In this document: positions 7,937 to 19,273 of the stretch, in pieces
How positions within the stretch are numbered: the first letter of the stretch is position 1
Layout of the letters: each line of letters begins with the position of its first letter
Source of the DNA: Gaiellales bacterium
Lineage (GTDB): Bacteria > Actinomycetota > Thermoleophilia > Gaiellales > JAICJC01
Direction of reading: 5' to 3'
NCBI GenBank assembly: GCA_051955775.1
Contig: JBQCGJ010000094.1
Location: forward strand, 1-47,362
DNA: 47,362 bases
Notes under the pieces: generated by a model
What the model was told of the DNA's origin: nothing
Database searches by the model: none
What the model saw: the letters and a program-made list of their open reading frames with translations, nothing else
Made by a program: the position numbers and the translations under genes

Positions 7937-9592
7937 GTGGGTCAGACAGCTCGCGACGCCCCTCAGGACCAGCTCTCGGGCCGGCTGGTGGCCGGCCGCT
8001 ACCAGCTGGGCGACATGCTGGGCCGGGGAGGCTTTGGCGCGGTCTACGAGGGCCACGACACACGGGCCGGCGAGGCGGTCGCGGTCAAGGTCTTCGAGCG
8101 GATCGAGGGGCGCGAGTCGCGTGCCCGGCGAGAGGCCCGCACGGCGTCGAAGCTGGAGCATCCCAATGTGCACAGCGTGCTGGGCCTGGAGCACGATGAC
8201 GACCACTCCTACCTGGTGTCCGAGCTGGTGGTGGGCGAGCGGTTCGACCGCACCGACCTCACCGACGAGGAGGCGGTACGGGCGATCGCAGCCGTGGCCG
8301 ACGCGCTCGCCCACGCGCATGCGCGGGGCGTCATCCACCGCGATGTGAAGCCGGCCAATATCCTGATCTCGGTCGACGGCGACGTGCGGCTGACCGACTT
8401 CGGGATCGCCAAGGATGACGACGCCCGCGACCAGACCACCGCCGACGAGCGCGTGCTGGGCACGCTGTCGTACATGGCGCCGGAGCAGGCCCAGGGACGC
8501 AAGGCCACCGGCGCCACCGACGTCTGGTCGGCCGCGCTCACGCTGTACTCCCGGCTGGTCGGCGAGAACCCGTTCAAGGCGCGCTCGCTGGGCGAGCTGC
8601 TGGAGCGCCTCGGCGACGGCATCCGCCCGCTGCACGAGCTGCGGCCCGATCTTCCGCGGGAGCTGTCGCGGGTGCTCAGCCGGGCGCTGGACCACGACCC
8701 CGACCGGCGTCCGGACGCGACCCGGTTCCGCGATCTGCTGCTGGAGGCGATCCAGCCGCCGGCTGCGGAGGACGAGCCGGACCCGTCGGCGCCCAGGCCC
8801 GAGCGCACCGTGCGCAGGCTGCGGATCCCGGCCGTCGACCTCGACCGGCCGCTGCGGGCGGCAGGATCGATCCTGTGCGCCGGGATGCTGGTGTGGGGGC
8901 TCGGTGCGTTCCCCGTCTACCCCCCTGCGTGGACGCTGCCGCTGGCCGTCGTCGTGGCGGCCCTGGCATGGTGGAGGCCCGCCGCGGGCCTGGCGCTTGG
9001 ATCGGCACTGATGGTGCCGGCGTTCTGGAACCACGCCGAGGCCGCAGGCCTGGCGTGGATGGCGCTGGCCGCGGCCTGGATCTGGGTCAGCCGCCGCTGG
9101 CCCGGGCCGCGCTGCCTCTCGCCGCTGGCGGCCGGACCGCTGGCGGTGGTCGGACTGGGGCCGGCGTATGTCCTGGTGGCCGCCTCGGCCCCCACGGCAC
9201 GGCGAAGGGCGCTGGAGGGCGCTGCCGGCGGAGTGGTGACCGTGGTGGCCGGGGGCCTGATGACCGGCCCGGCCGTGCTCGGCATCGCCGGCGCCAGCAG
9301 TCCGGGCGTGCTGGTGACGGCGCTCGCCCACTCGCCGCAGGCGGTGGCGGTGGTGGCTGCCATGTCGGGTTTCGCGACCCTCCTGCCGCTGGCCTGGCAG
9401 CAGCTCGGGAACCGCCGCGTGCAGGCCACCGCGTTGTGGGGCGTGGGCTTCGGGCTGGCGGCCGCGGCCCTGCCGCACATGATCGCCAGCCGCCCGGCTG
9501 GGTGGGCTCCTGCGACGGTCGCGGTGACGCTGGCGGCTATAATCCCGGCCGCCTGGGCGCTCGCGTCACCACGGCTCCAGTACGGGCGATGA
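7937..9592 (+). CDS. Ser/Thr protein kinase with a polytopic membrane C-terminal domain
   Basis: Hanks kinase motifs GRGGFGAVY, VAVK, HRDVKPANIL, DFG and APE, followed by ~260 aa of multiple hydrophobic helices. Confidence 0.9.
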   Translation: MGQTARDAPQDQLSGRLVAGRYQLGDMLGRGGFGAVYEGHDTRAGEAVAVKVFERIEGRESRARREARTASKLEHPNVHSVLGLEHDDDHSYLVSELVVGERFDRTDLTDEEAVRAIAAVADALAHAHARGVIHRDVKPANILISVDGDVRLTDFGIAKDDDARDQTTADERVLGTLSYMAPEQAQGRKATGATDVWSAALTLYSRLVGENPFKARSLGELLERLGDGIRPLHELRPDLPRELSRVLSRALDHDPDRRPDATRFRDLLLEAIQPPAAEDEPDPSAPRPERTVRRLRIPAVDLDRPLRAAGSILCAGMLVWGLGAFPVYPPAWTLPLAVVVAALAWWRPAAGLALGSALMVPAFWNHAEAAGLAWMALAAAWIWVSRRWPGPRCLSPLAAGPLAVVGLGPAYVLVAASAPTARRRALEGAAGGVVTVVAGGLMTGPAVLGIAGASSPGVLVTALAHSPQAVAVVAAMSGFATLLPLAWQQLGNRRVQATALWGVGFGLAAAALPHMIASRPAGWAPATVAVTLAAIIPAAWALASPRLQYGR

Positions 9593-10470
9593 CTGCGGGC
9601 GCAGCCGGCAACGTCTCTCGTCACCTCCCTGCGTTGAGCGTCCTTCGCAACATCGAGCGCAAGATCGGCGGCCTTGTCGAAGGCGTGTTCGGCCGCACCT
9701 TCCGGTCGTCGGTGCAGCCCGTGGAGCTGGCCCGCAAGCTGGCCAAGGAGATGGACGATCACCGCACCATCTCGATCCACAGGGTGTACGTGCCCAACGA
9801 GTACACGGTGTACCTCAACCCGGCCGATCGCGAGCAATTCTCCGCCTACGAGGCGCAGATGACGGCGGAGCTGGAGGAGTACCTGGTCGAGCACGCCCGG
9901 CGCGAGGGATACAGCATCGCCAGCCGGCCGCGAGTGCTGATCGAGACCGAGCCCGACCTCACGGTGGGGATGTTCGGGATCGCGGTGGCGACGGCGGCCG
10001 ACGCCGACCACGACGCCCCGGCAGCCGTGGCAGCACAGCCGCCCCCGGTGGAGGCGCCACCGCTGGAGCCGCCCGCGGTCGGCGCCCCGGTACCCGCCGC
10101 CGACCTGTCGCCGCCGCCCGCTGCGGTGCCCAGCTCGACGATGATCTATGCGCCGGAGCCCGAGCCCGAGCCGGAGCCGCAGCCTGTGGAGCAGGCCGTG
10201 CTCGAATGGAACGGCGGCAGCCTGTCGCTGACCGGCCATGTGACCAGCATCGGGCGCTCCAGCGACTGCACGATCGTGCTCTCCGATCCCAATGTGTCGC
10301 GCCGCCACGCCGAGATCCGTCACATCGGCGAGGGGTACTCGCTGATCGATCTGGGCTCGACGAACGGCACCGAGGTGAACGGGCAGCGGATCGTGGAAAC
10401 TGCACTGATGAACGGGGACGTGATCAACGTGGGCCAGACCAAGCTCACGTTCGAGCGCCGCCTTGGTTGA
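9589..10470 (+). CDS. fhaA: FhaA-like protein (DUF3662 N-terminal domain + C-terminal FHA domain)
   Basis: Motifs LRNIERKIGGLVEGVF... and a C-terminal FHA (IGRSSDCTIVLSDPNVSRRHAEI...STNGTEVNG). ATG at 9589 overlaps the kinase stop (ATGA). TTG at 9634 is an alternative start. Confidence 0.85.
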   Translation: MTAGAAGNVSRHLPALSVLRNIERKIGGLVEGVFGRTFRSSVQPVELARKLAKEMDDHRTISIHRVYVPNEYTVYLNPADREQFSAYEAQMTAELEEYLVEHARREGYSIASRPRVLIETEPDLTVGMFGIAVATAADADHDAPAAVAAQPPPVEAPPLEPPAVGAPVPAADLSPPPAAVPSSTMIYAPEPEPEPEPQPVEQAVLEWNGGSLSLTGHVTSIGRSSDCTIVLSDPNVSRRHAEIRHIGEGYSLIDLGSTNGTEVNGQRIVETALMNGDVINVGQTKLTFERRLG

Positions 10471-10936
10471 GCAACTTCTGCTGGCGCTCAAGGTGGGGTT
10501 CGTGGTGCTGCTCTACCTCTTCATCTGGCGAGTGATCCGGGTCGCCTCGCGCGACATGGCGGCTGGGCAGGAGAGCATGATCCTGGCCCCGCTGAAGACG
10601 CCCAAGCCTGCTCCGCAGGCTCCCCGGCGGGCACCGGGGCGGCTGATAGTGACCCGCAGCCCCGAGCTTCGCGAGGGCAGCGTGATCACGCTCAGCCACG
10701 AGCTCTTCGCCGGCCGCGAGGCGGGCCTCGACATCCCGCTGCCGGCCGACGGGTACGCGTCTCACCGCCACGCCAGGTTCGTGCGCGCCAACGACACCGA
10801 CGCCGTCGAGGATCTGCAGTCGACCAACGGAACGTACGTGAACGGCGAGCGGCTGGACGGTCTGCGCCCGCTCAGCCCCGGCGACCTGATCACCATCGGC
10901 CAGACCCAGCTCACGTACCAGAACGGCGACGCATGA
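10463..10936 (+). CDS. fhaB: FhaB/FipA-like FHA domain protein with an N-terminal TM helix
   Basis: TM helix then an FHA domain (SHRHARF...STNGTYVNGERL). TTG start overlaps the fhaA stop by 8 nt. Confidence 0.85.
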   Translation: MVEQLLLALKVGFVVLLYLFIWRVIRVASRDMAAGQESMILAPLKTPKPAPQAPRRAPGRLIVTRSPELREGSVITLSHELFAGREAGLDIPLPADGYASHRHARFVRANDTDAVEDLQSTNGTYVNGERLDGLRPLSPGDLITIGQTQLTYQNGDA

Positions 10937-12033
10937 GCGTGACCGTGATCGACCGCGCCGTTGTCACCCGAACCGGCAATGTGCGGCGCACCAACGAGGA
11001 CGCCTACCTGATCGCCGAGCCGCTGTTTGTGGTCGCAGACGGCATGGGAGGGGCGCAGGCCGGCGAGATCGCGGCACGCATGGCGGCGGACGAGTTCGGG
11101 CACCTGGACGCCGCCAGGGCACGCGGCGAGCAGGCTCTGCGGGAGATCATCGGGAACGCGAACCAGCGCATCCTGGAACGTGCGAAGAGCGATCCGGAGC
11201 TGGCCGGAATGGGCACCACGGTGATCGCCGCGCTTGTCGGCGACGACGGCCGGGTGGCTTTCGGACACGTCGGCGACAGCCGCGCCTACCTGCTGCGCGA
11301 CGGCGATCTGCAGCAGCTGTCGGAGGACCACTCCCTGGTCTCCGAGCTGGTGCGGGCCGGCGAGCTGTCGGAGGCCGAAGCCGAACGGCATCCCCAGCGC
11401 AGCGTGATCACGCGGGCCCTGGGCGCCGATCCGAATCTGCAGGTGGACACGTTCACGGTCGACGGACGACCCGGCGACATCGTGCTGCTGTGCAGCGACG
11501 GGCTGAACACGATGGTCGACGAGCCCACCATCGCCCGCCTGATGGCGTCCGGCGCAAGCGCTGAGGAGACCGCGCGCGAACTGGTGAAGGCGGCGCTGGC
11601 CGGCGGCGGCGAGGACAACGTGACCGCCATCGTGTTCCGGCTCGGAGAGACCGAGGGCGATGGCGCGGTCACCCCCGCCGTCACCGCCGAAGCGACGCCC
11701 GCCGGCCGCTCGCGGGGCGGCCGGGCGCTTCGCATGACGGCGCGCGTGGTGGCGGTGGTGATGATCGCCGGCCTGCTGGCCGCCGGCGCGGTCGCCGGTC
11801 TGCGGTGGAGCCATTTCGTCGGCGCCGACCAGGCCACCGGCCGGGTGGCTGTGTACCAGGGTCTGCCGGTCAACCTGCCGTTCGGACTGCGCCTGTACCG
11901 CGAGACCTACGAGTCGGGAGTGCTCTATGCGACGCTCTCGACCGCCCAGCGGAAGCAGTTGTTCGACCACCGTCTGCGCTCCTCGGCCGACGCGGTGCAG
12001 GCGGTGCGCACGGTGCAGGCGGAGACGCCGTGA
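10933..12033 (+). CDS. pstP: PP2C-family Ser/Thr phosphatase
   Basis: Motifs VADGMGGAQAGE, DGLN and GGEDNVTAI, plus a C-terminal TM segment. ATGA overlap with fhaB. Confidence 0.9.
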   Translation: MSVTVIDRAVVTRTGNVRRTNEDAYLIAEPLFVVADGMGGAQAGEIAARMAADEFGHLDAARARGEQALREIIGNANQRILERAKSDPELAGMGTTVIAALVGDDGRVAFGHVGDSRAYLLRDGDLQQLSEDHSLVSELVRAGELSEAEAERHPQRSVITRALGADPNLQVDTFTVDGRPGDIVLLCSDGLNTMVDEPTIARLMASGASAEETARELVKAALAGGGEDNVTAIVFRLGETEGDGAVTPAVTAEATPAGRSRGGRALRMTARVVAVVMIAGLLAAGAVAGLRWSHFVGADQATGRVAVYQGLPVNLPFGLRLYRETYESGVLYATLSTAQRKQLFDHRLRSSADAVQAVRTVQAETP

Positions 12034-13319
12034 GATCGGCCCGGCTGCGCGAGCTGCTCAACCTGAGCATGGTCGGGGTGCTGACCGCGATCGGCTTCCT
12101 GTCGGTGTACACCGCCCGACAGCAGGAGATCCAGTCCACCTCGCTGATCTACGCCGGGGTGTTCCTCAGCCTGTTCGTGCTTGCCCATCTGGGTGTGCGC
12201 GCCGGGCTGCCGGACGCCGATCCGTGGCTGCTGCCGCTGGCCGCGCTCTTGTCCGCCCTGGGCCTGATCGAGATCTACCGGCTCGATCCCGTGCTCGCCC
12301 GCGACCAGTCGGTGTGGATCGTGATCGGCCTGGCCGGCTTCATCGGGCTCATCTTCGTGCTCCGCGATCCGCGCCGGCTGGAGAACTACAAGTACCTGCT
12401 CGGCGTCTCGGCTGTTGTCCTGCTCGGAATCACGATGCTGGTCGGTACCACCGTCAACGGCGCCAAGCTGTGGCTGCGCGTGGGCGGCGTCCAGGTACAG
12501 CCCGGCGAGTTCGCGAAGCTCTTGCTCGTCATCTTCCTGGCCGGGTACCTGCGCGAGAAGCGCGAGGTGCTGGCGTTCGCCCACCGCCGCGTGCTGGGGC
12601 TCGGCATCCCCGCCGCCAAGCACTTCGGGCCGCTGCTCCTGATGGCGTTCGCCTCGCTGGGCGTGCTGGCGGTGCTGAACGACCTGGGCACGGCCCTGCT
12701 GCTGTTCGGGATCTTCCTGGCCATGCTGTACGTGGCCACCGGCCGTCACGCCTACACCGTGATCGGGCTGGGCCTGTTCGCGGCCGGATCGTGGTTCGTC
12801 TACCACACCACCGCGCACGTGCGCGAGCGGTTCACGGTGTGGCTGGATCCGTGGGCGACGCCCCACACCACGGGCTATCAGATCGTGCAGTCGGTGGAGT
12901 CGATCGCCGACGGCGGCGTGTTCGGCACCGGCCTCGGCAAGAGCTTTCAGCTCATCGGTACGCCGCCCCACCCGGTGATCCCGGCTGCGCAGACCGACGG
13001 CATCTTCGCGGTGTGGTCTGACGAGACCGGCCTGGCCGGCGCCGCGGCGCTGCTCCTGGTGTACCTGCTGTTCGCCTACCGGGGATTCAAGATCGCGGCG
13101 CTGGCCAGCGATGGCTTCTCGAAGCTCCTGGCCGCCGGTCTCACCTTCGCCTTCAGCCTGCAGGCCTTTCTGATCGTGGGCGGGGTGACCCGGTTGGTGC
13201 CGCTGACCGGCATCACGCTGCCCTTCGTGAGCTATGGCGGCTCCTCCATCGTTTCCAACTTTCTGATGCTGGCGCTGCTTCTGATGGTGTCCCAGCGGGC
13301 AATGGCAAGAAGTACATGA
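12030..13319 (+). CDS. rodA: FtsW/RodA/SpoVE family peptidoglycan glycosyltransferase
   Basis: Polytopic SEDS protein (QPGEFAKLLLVIFLAGYL, TDGIFAV, GITLPFVSYGGSS). The GTG start overlaps the pstP stop (GTGA). The upstream extension of the track ORF was rejected. Confidence 0.9.
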   Translation: MRSARLRELLNLSMVGVLTAIGFLSVYTARQQEIQSTSLIYAGVFLSLFVLAHLGVRAGLPDADPWLLPLAALLSALGLIEIYRLDPVLARDQSVWIVIGLAGFIGLIFVLRDPRRLENYKYLLGVSAVVLLGITMLVGTTVNGAKLWLRVGGVQVQPGEFAKLLLVIFLAGYLREKREVLAFAHRRVLGLGIPAAKHFGPLLLMAFASLGVLAVLNDLGTALLLFGIFLAMLYVATGRHAYTVIGLGLFAAGSWFVYHTTAHVRERFTVWLDPWATPHTTGYQIVQSVESIADGGVFGTGLGKSFQLIGTPPHPVIPAAQTDGIFAVWSDETGLAGAAALLLVYLLFAYRGFKIAALASDGFSKLLAAGLTFAFSLQAFLIVGGVTRLVPLTGITLPFVSYGGSSIVSNFLMLALLLMVSQRAMARST

Positions 13320-14788
13320 ACACGCAGATCCGATCCCTGTTCCGGCTGGTGGCGGTGGGCTTTGCCGTGCTCATCACCATGACGGCCTACTGGCAGATCT
13401 GGGCCGCCGACTCGCTGGCCACGCGCAAGGACAATGCTCGCCTGATCTACCGCCAACTGGCGATCAGGCGCGGCCTGATCCTGGCCGCCAACGGGCGCAC
13501 CGTGCTGGCCCGCAACCGCTCCCACAAGAGCGACGCCCAGACCATCTACACCCGCGTGTATCCGTACGGCAAGCTGTTCGCGCACGTCATCGGCTACAAC
13601 ACGATCGACCAGGGCCGAAGCGGGATCGAGCTGTCGTACAACGACTTCCTGACCGCCGCCAACAACGACCTGGCCACCCAGCTTCGCAACCTGGGCGACA
13701 GCCTGCGCGGCGAGACGGTGACCGGCGACAACCTGGTGACCAGCCTGTCGGTGCCGGCGCAGCGCGCGGCCGCACGCGGCCTGGCCGGCAAGGTGGGAGC
13801 GGTGGTGGCCCTGGAGCCGTCGACCTTCCGGGTGCTGGCGATGGCGTCCTCACCGTCCTTCGACCCCAACACGGTGGTCCAGAACTACGCCCGCCTGAAC
13901 CGGCCGCGCAGCGGCGCGCCGCTCCTGAACCGCGCAATGCAGGGCCTGTACGCCCCGGGCTCCACGTTCAAGACGGTGACCGCCACGGCGGCCCTGGACA
14001 CCGGCAAGTACACGCCCGACTCGACGATCAACGCGTTCGGCACGTGCATCCAGCCCAGCCAGTTCCCGATCTTCGCGCCGCTGTGCAACGCTCCCGGCGA
14101 GAGCTTCGGCGACATCAGCCTGAGCACGGCCATGACGTACTCGGTGAACACGGTGTTCGCGCAGGTGGGGCTGAAGGTCGGGGCGCGGGCGATGACCGAC
14201 TACATGACCCGGTACGGGTTCTTCTCGAAGCCGACGCTGGACTTCCCGGCCGACGAGATGGCCCCATCGGGGCGCTACCACAACGGACGCATGCTGGCGC
14301 CGGGGGCGCCCATGGACGTGGCACGGGTGGCGATCGGGCAGGAGAAGCTGGCGGTGACGCCGTTCCAGATGGCCGAGGTGGCCGCGACGGTCGGCAACGG
14401 CGGCCAGCTGATGCAGCCGACCCTGGTCGACCGGGCCGTGCAGCCCGGCGGATCAGTGGACTACAAGGCCACGCCGCACGTGCTGACCCGGGTGATGTCG
14501 GAACAGACGGCGCAGGAACTCGGTCAGATGATGAAGAACGTGGTGGATGAAGGAACCGGAACAGCCGCGAACGTGCAGGGCCTGACGGTGGCCGGCAAGA
14601 CCGGCACCGCCGAGACCGGCATCCCCGGCATCAATACGGCATGGTTCATCGCGTTCGCACCCGTCATCCACCCCAAGATCGCCGTGGCTGTCACGATCGA
14701 GCACACGCCGGAGTTCGGCGGCCAGATTGCGGCGCCCATCGCGGCCGAGGTGATCAAAGCGTATTTGGCCCGAGGCGTGGCACAGTAG
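13316..14788 (+). CDS. pbpA: penicillin-binding protein 2 (class B transpeptidase)
   Basis: STFK, SVN and KTGT motifs with an N-terminal TM anchor. ATGA overlap with rodA. Confidence 0.9.
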   Translation: MNTQIRSLFRLVAVGFAVLITMTAYWQIWAADSLATRKDNARLIYRQLAIRRGLILAANGRTVLARNRSHKSDAQTIYTRVYPYGKLFAHVIGYNTIDQGRSGIELSYNDFLTAANNDLATQLRNLGDSLRGETVTGDNLVTSLSVPAQRAAARGLAGKVGAVVALEPSTFRVLAMASSPSFDPNTVVQNYARLNRPRSGAPLLNRAMQGLYAPGSTFKTVTATAALDTGKYTPDSTINAFGTCIQPSQFPIFAPLCNAPGESFGDISLSTAMTYSVNTVFAQVGLKVGARAMTDYMTRYGFFSKPTLDFPADEMAPSGRYHNGRMLAPGAPMDVARVAIGQEKLAVTPFQMAEVAATVGNGGQLMQPTLVDRAVQPGGSVDYKATPHVLTRVMSEQTAQELGQMMKNVVDEGTGTAANVQGLTVAGKTGTAETGIPGINTAWFIAFAPVIHPKIAVAVTIEHTPEFGGQIAAPIAAEVIKAYLARGVAQ

Positions 14789-14795
14789 GGAGGCG

Positions 14796-16699
14796 ATGGG
14801 GACGAGCGTCATGATCGGAGAGCTGTTCGACGGCCGCTACCGGCTCGAGAGACGGATCGGGTCGGGTGGGATGGCCGACGTCTACCTGGCCACCGACGAG
14901 TCGCTGGGCAGGCAGGTCGCGATCAAGGTGCTGTCCGACCGCTACGCGCAGGACGACGGCTTCGTGGAGCGGTTCCGCAGGGAGGCGTCGGCGGCCGCCG
15001 GCCTGAACCACCAGAACATCGTGGCGGTGTACGACCGCGGCGAGGCCGAGGGCACGTACTACATCGCCATGGAGTTCCTGGACGGCCCCACGCTGAAGGA
15101 GGAGATCGTGCGCCGGGCGCCGCTGCCGGAGGCCCAGGCCATCGGCTGGGCGACCCAGGCCCTGGACGCACTCGACTTCGCCCACCGGCGAGGCGTGATC
15201 CACCGCGACGTCAAGCCGCACAACATGGTGCTGACCGAGGACGGCCGGCTGAAGGTCACGGACTTCGGCATCGCGCGGGCCCAGAACACGCAGCAGATGA
15301 CCGAGGTGGGGTCGATCGTGGGCACCGCCCAGTACCTGTCGCCTGAGCAGGCACGCGGACAGGCGGTGGGGCCGCAGAGCGACCTGTATTCGATGGGCAT
15401 CGTGCTGTACGAGATGCTGACCGGCGATCTGCCGTTCACCGGCGACGGGGCGGTCGACATCGCCATGAAGCAGGTGAGCGACGCGCCGCCGTCGCTGCGG
15501 GAGCGAAACCGGCTGGTGTCGCCGGCCCTGGAGCAGGTGGTGATGCGCGCGCTGGCCAAGGACCCGGCGCTGCGCCACCCCTCTGCGCGGGCCATGGCGG
15601 ACGAGCTGCGGCGGGTGGGCCGCGGCGGGATGGCCTCGGCCGACACCCAGCAGGCCACCCAGGTGATCGCCGCCTACAACCATGGCCAGAACACCTCGGC
15701 CACCTCGGTGCTGACGCGGCCGCCCGCGGAGGCGCCGCCGGAGCCGAAGCGAAGCGCGCTGCCGTGGATCCTGGTGGCGATCCTGCTGGCCGCCAGCGCG
15801 GTGATCGGGTATCTGGTCTACAACCAGCTCCAGGGCGCGGGGGGCGTCACGGTGCCCGACACGCTGATCGGCGGGTCGTGCCAGAACGCGGCGGCACAGT
15901 TGGCGAACGTCGGGCTCAAGGGCGACTGCCGGCACGTGCCTTCGACGCCTGCGCAGAAGGGGCATGTGTTCAAGACCGATCCGACGGGAGGCTCGAGCGT
16001 CGACTCCGGATCGACGGTGAAGCTGTTCTTCGGCAATGGACCGAAGAACGTCACGCTGCCGAACCTGGCCGGGAAGCGGGCCAACGACGCGAGCACGGCG
16101 ATCACGGATCTCGGGCTGCCGGCGCCGCATGTCGTGCAGGTGAACTCACCGAAACAGCCGGGCGGCGACGTCGTCTCGACGCAGCCTGGACCCGGCAGCA
16201 TCCCAGCGGACACGGTGGTCACGCTCAAGGTCGCCACCGGCAATGTGGTGATCCCCGACGTGACCGGCGGCCTGACGTGCAGCCAGGCGTCGCAACAGCT
16301 TTCCGCGCTCACGCTCCAGCCCACCTGCAGCCAGCAGAACGACAACAAGGTGCCGGCCGGGCAGGTCATCGGCGTGTCCGGCCAGTCGCCGGGCAACCGC
16401 GTCCCGCAGGGCTCCGCGGTGACGGTGCTGGTGTCGTCCGGCCCCGGCACGGCCACCGTGCCCAACGTGGTCGGCCTGCCCAGCGACACGGCTCGGAGCC
16501 AGCTCAAGGGGGACGGGTTCAAGGTCGTGTTCGGGCATGACGTGACGTGCACCAAGTCGCTGGACGGCATCGTGGAGTCGCAGACGCCGCAGGGCGGCAC
16601 CACCGCGCAGTACGGGTCGTACGTGTCGATCCGGGTGTGGCAGTACACGCCGAGCGATCCCAGCTGCGGGAACAACGGGACGACCACAACCGCGACCAC

Positions 16700-16703
<4 letters not shown>
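14796..16703 (+). CDS. pknB: Ser/Thr protein kinase with four PASTA repeats
   Basis: Kinase motifs GSGGMADVY, HRDVKPHN and DFG, a TM helix, then 4 PASTA-like repeats. GGGAGG sits upstream of the ATG. Confidence 0.92.
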
Positions 16704-17767
<1,064 letters not shown>

Positions 17768-17891
17768 CGTCCGGCCGACCAGATGTTGGCAGACTCCACT
17801 AAGGCGGCGGGCGGCTGCCGCCGAAACAGACAATGAGCTTGTGCGCAGAGGCGCGAAGCGATCGGCAGCCGACCAGAGAGGAATCCGCATC

Positions 17892-18770
17892 ATGACCAGC
17901 TCCAGCCGCCGTCTGGCAGCCGTCCTTCTGACCACCGCGCTGGCCGCAGGCTGCGGGCAGGCCACCTCGGCGACATCCGGCCCGCCGGCGTCCACGCACG
18001 CCCGCATCAATCCCGACCTGCTGGCGGCCGCCGGCGCAGCCACCGCCCACGCGGGCAGCGCCAGGCTGACGATGCAGATGCGGATGTCGGGCCCCCAGGG
18101 CTCCTACACCGCCCAGGCGCACGGTCTGATGACGTTCTCGAAGCCGTCTCGCGGCTCTCTGTCGATGCTCGTCAAGGTGCCCACCGCCGCCACCCCGCTG
18201 AGCATGAGCGAGCGCATCCTGGGCACGACGCTGTACATGCGGATGCCGTTCCTGAACCAGGTCTCGCCGAAGCTGAAGCCGTGGCTCAAGCTGGATCTGG
18301 CGGCGGCCGGCAAGGCCGAGGGTCTGAACCTGGGCGCGGTGATGAACTCCAGCACCAACGACCCGGCCAGCATCCTGGCCTACGTGCAGGGAGCGTCCGG
18401 AGACGTCAAGGACCTGGGCCCGGCCACGATCGGCGGCGTCAAAACCACGCATTACCACGCGACCATCGACTACGCCAAGGTGGTGGCCAACCTGCGCAAA
18501 ACCAACCGCGCAGCCGCCGCGACCATTCAGAAGGCGGCTGAGATGTCAGGCCTGACCACCGCTCCGATCGACGTGTGGGTCGACGGCTCGGGGCTCATGC
18601 GCCAGGAGCGGGTGACCGTGGCCGCGCCGAGCACCGGCACCAGCATGAGCATCCTGCTCGACCTGTCGCAGTTCGGGACGCCGGTCAGGGTCAGCCCGCC
18701 GCCGGCGTCGCAGACCACGGACCTGATGAAGCTGCTGAAGTCGATGCCGAGCCCTGGCCAGACGGCCTAG
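17892..18770 (+). CDS. putative lipoprotein (LolA/LppX-like fold suspected)
   Basis: Signal peptide with lipobox LAAGC. GAGAGGAA sits upstream of the ATG at 17892. Confidence 0.7.
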   Translation: MTSSSRRLAAVLLTTALAAGCGQATSATSGPPASTHARINPDLLAAAGAATAHAGSARLTMQMRMSGPQGSYTAQAHGLMTFSKPSRGSLSMLVKVPTAATPLSMSERILGTTLYMRMPFLNQVSPKLKPWLKLDLAAAGKAEGLNLGAVMNSSTNDPASILAYVQGASGDVKDLGPATIGGVKTTHYHATIDYAKVVANLRKTNRAAAATIQKAAEMSGLTTAPIDVWVDGSGLMRQERVTVAAPSTGTSMSILLDLSQFGTPVRVSPPPASQTTDLMKLLKSMPSPGQTA

Positions 18771-18772
18771 GC

Positions 18773-19177
18773 TCAAAAATCCATCGGCAGGATGGCGTCC
18801 TGCTCGAGTGCATTCCGGAACCGCTCGAGCTGGTCCGCCATGTTCTCGCGCGTGACGCGCTCCAGCTCGGCGATCAGGCGGTCCGTCTCGGACGCCAGCA
18901 CCTCGTCATAGCGCTCGACCTCGAACTGCTCGAAGACGCCGGTGGCCCGCCACCGGCAGTCGGGGCAGCGCACTCGAAGCTCCCACCTCGACTCGTCCAC
19001 CTCTCGCCAGTCGACCGGATGCACACGCGACCCGGCGCAGCTCGGGCACAGCTCGATGCGGCGGACGTGCACCTCCGGCTCGGCGTCGCCGGACGGCGCG
19101 GCGCCGGGCTCGAGGTACACGATCTCCACCACCTTGCCGCTGGGGAGCGTGATCTTTTTGATACGAAATTCGGCCAT
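18773..19177 (-). CDS. hypothetical zinc-ribbon protein
   Basis: CPSC...CPDC four-Cys pattern. The ATG at 19177 gives MAEFRIKK. High GC3. Confidence 0.6.
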   Translation of the reverse strand: MAEFRIKKITLPSGKVVEIVYLEPGAAPSGDAEPEVHVRRIELCPSCAGSRVHPVDWREVDESRWELRVRCPDCRWRATGVFEQFEVERYDEVLASETDRLIAELERVTRENMADQLERFRNALEQDAILPMDF

Positions 19178-19242
19178 TTGTGTCGGACGATAGGGGAGCT
19201 TGCAACTGGTGTCCCCTGTATCGGCCACACAAGTGACCACTT

Positions 19243-19261
19243 GAGGGCATCGTGCGCCCTC
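19243..19261 (-). terminator. hairpin downstream of gabT
   Basis: GAGGGC-N7-GCCCTC lies 13 nt after the gabT stop. There is no U-tract. Confidence 0.35.
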
Positions 19262-19273
19262 GGACGTGGTGCG

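Noticed and set aside
8875-9588. N-terminal extensions of the track ORFs for fhaA (8875-), rodA (11805-), ddl (16547-), the SDR (20584-), the PhoD-like gene (39110-), the sigma factor (44525-), the GAF protein (46099-) and the micro-ORF (46892-).
   Set aside because: The extensions overlap the preceding genes in another frame and are compositionally aberrant. In each case a start codon forming an ATGA/GTGA overlap, or one following an RBS, gives the family-typical N-terminus.
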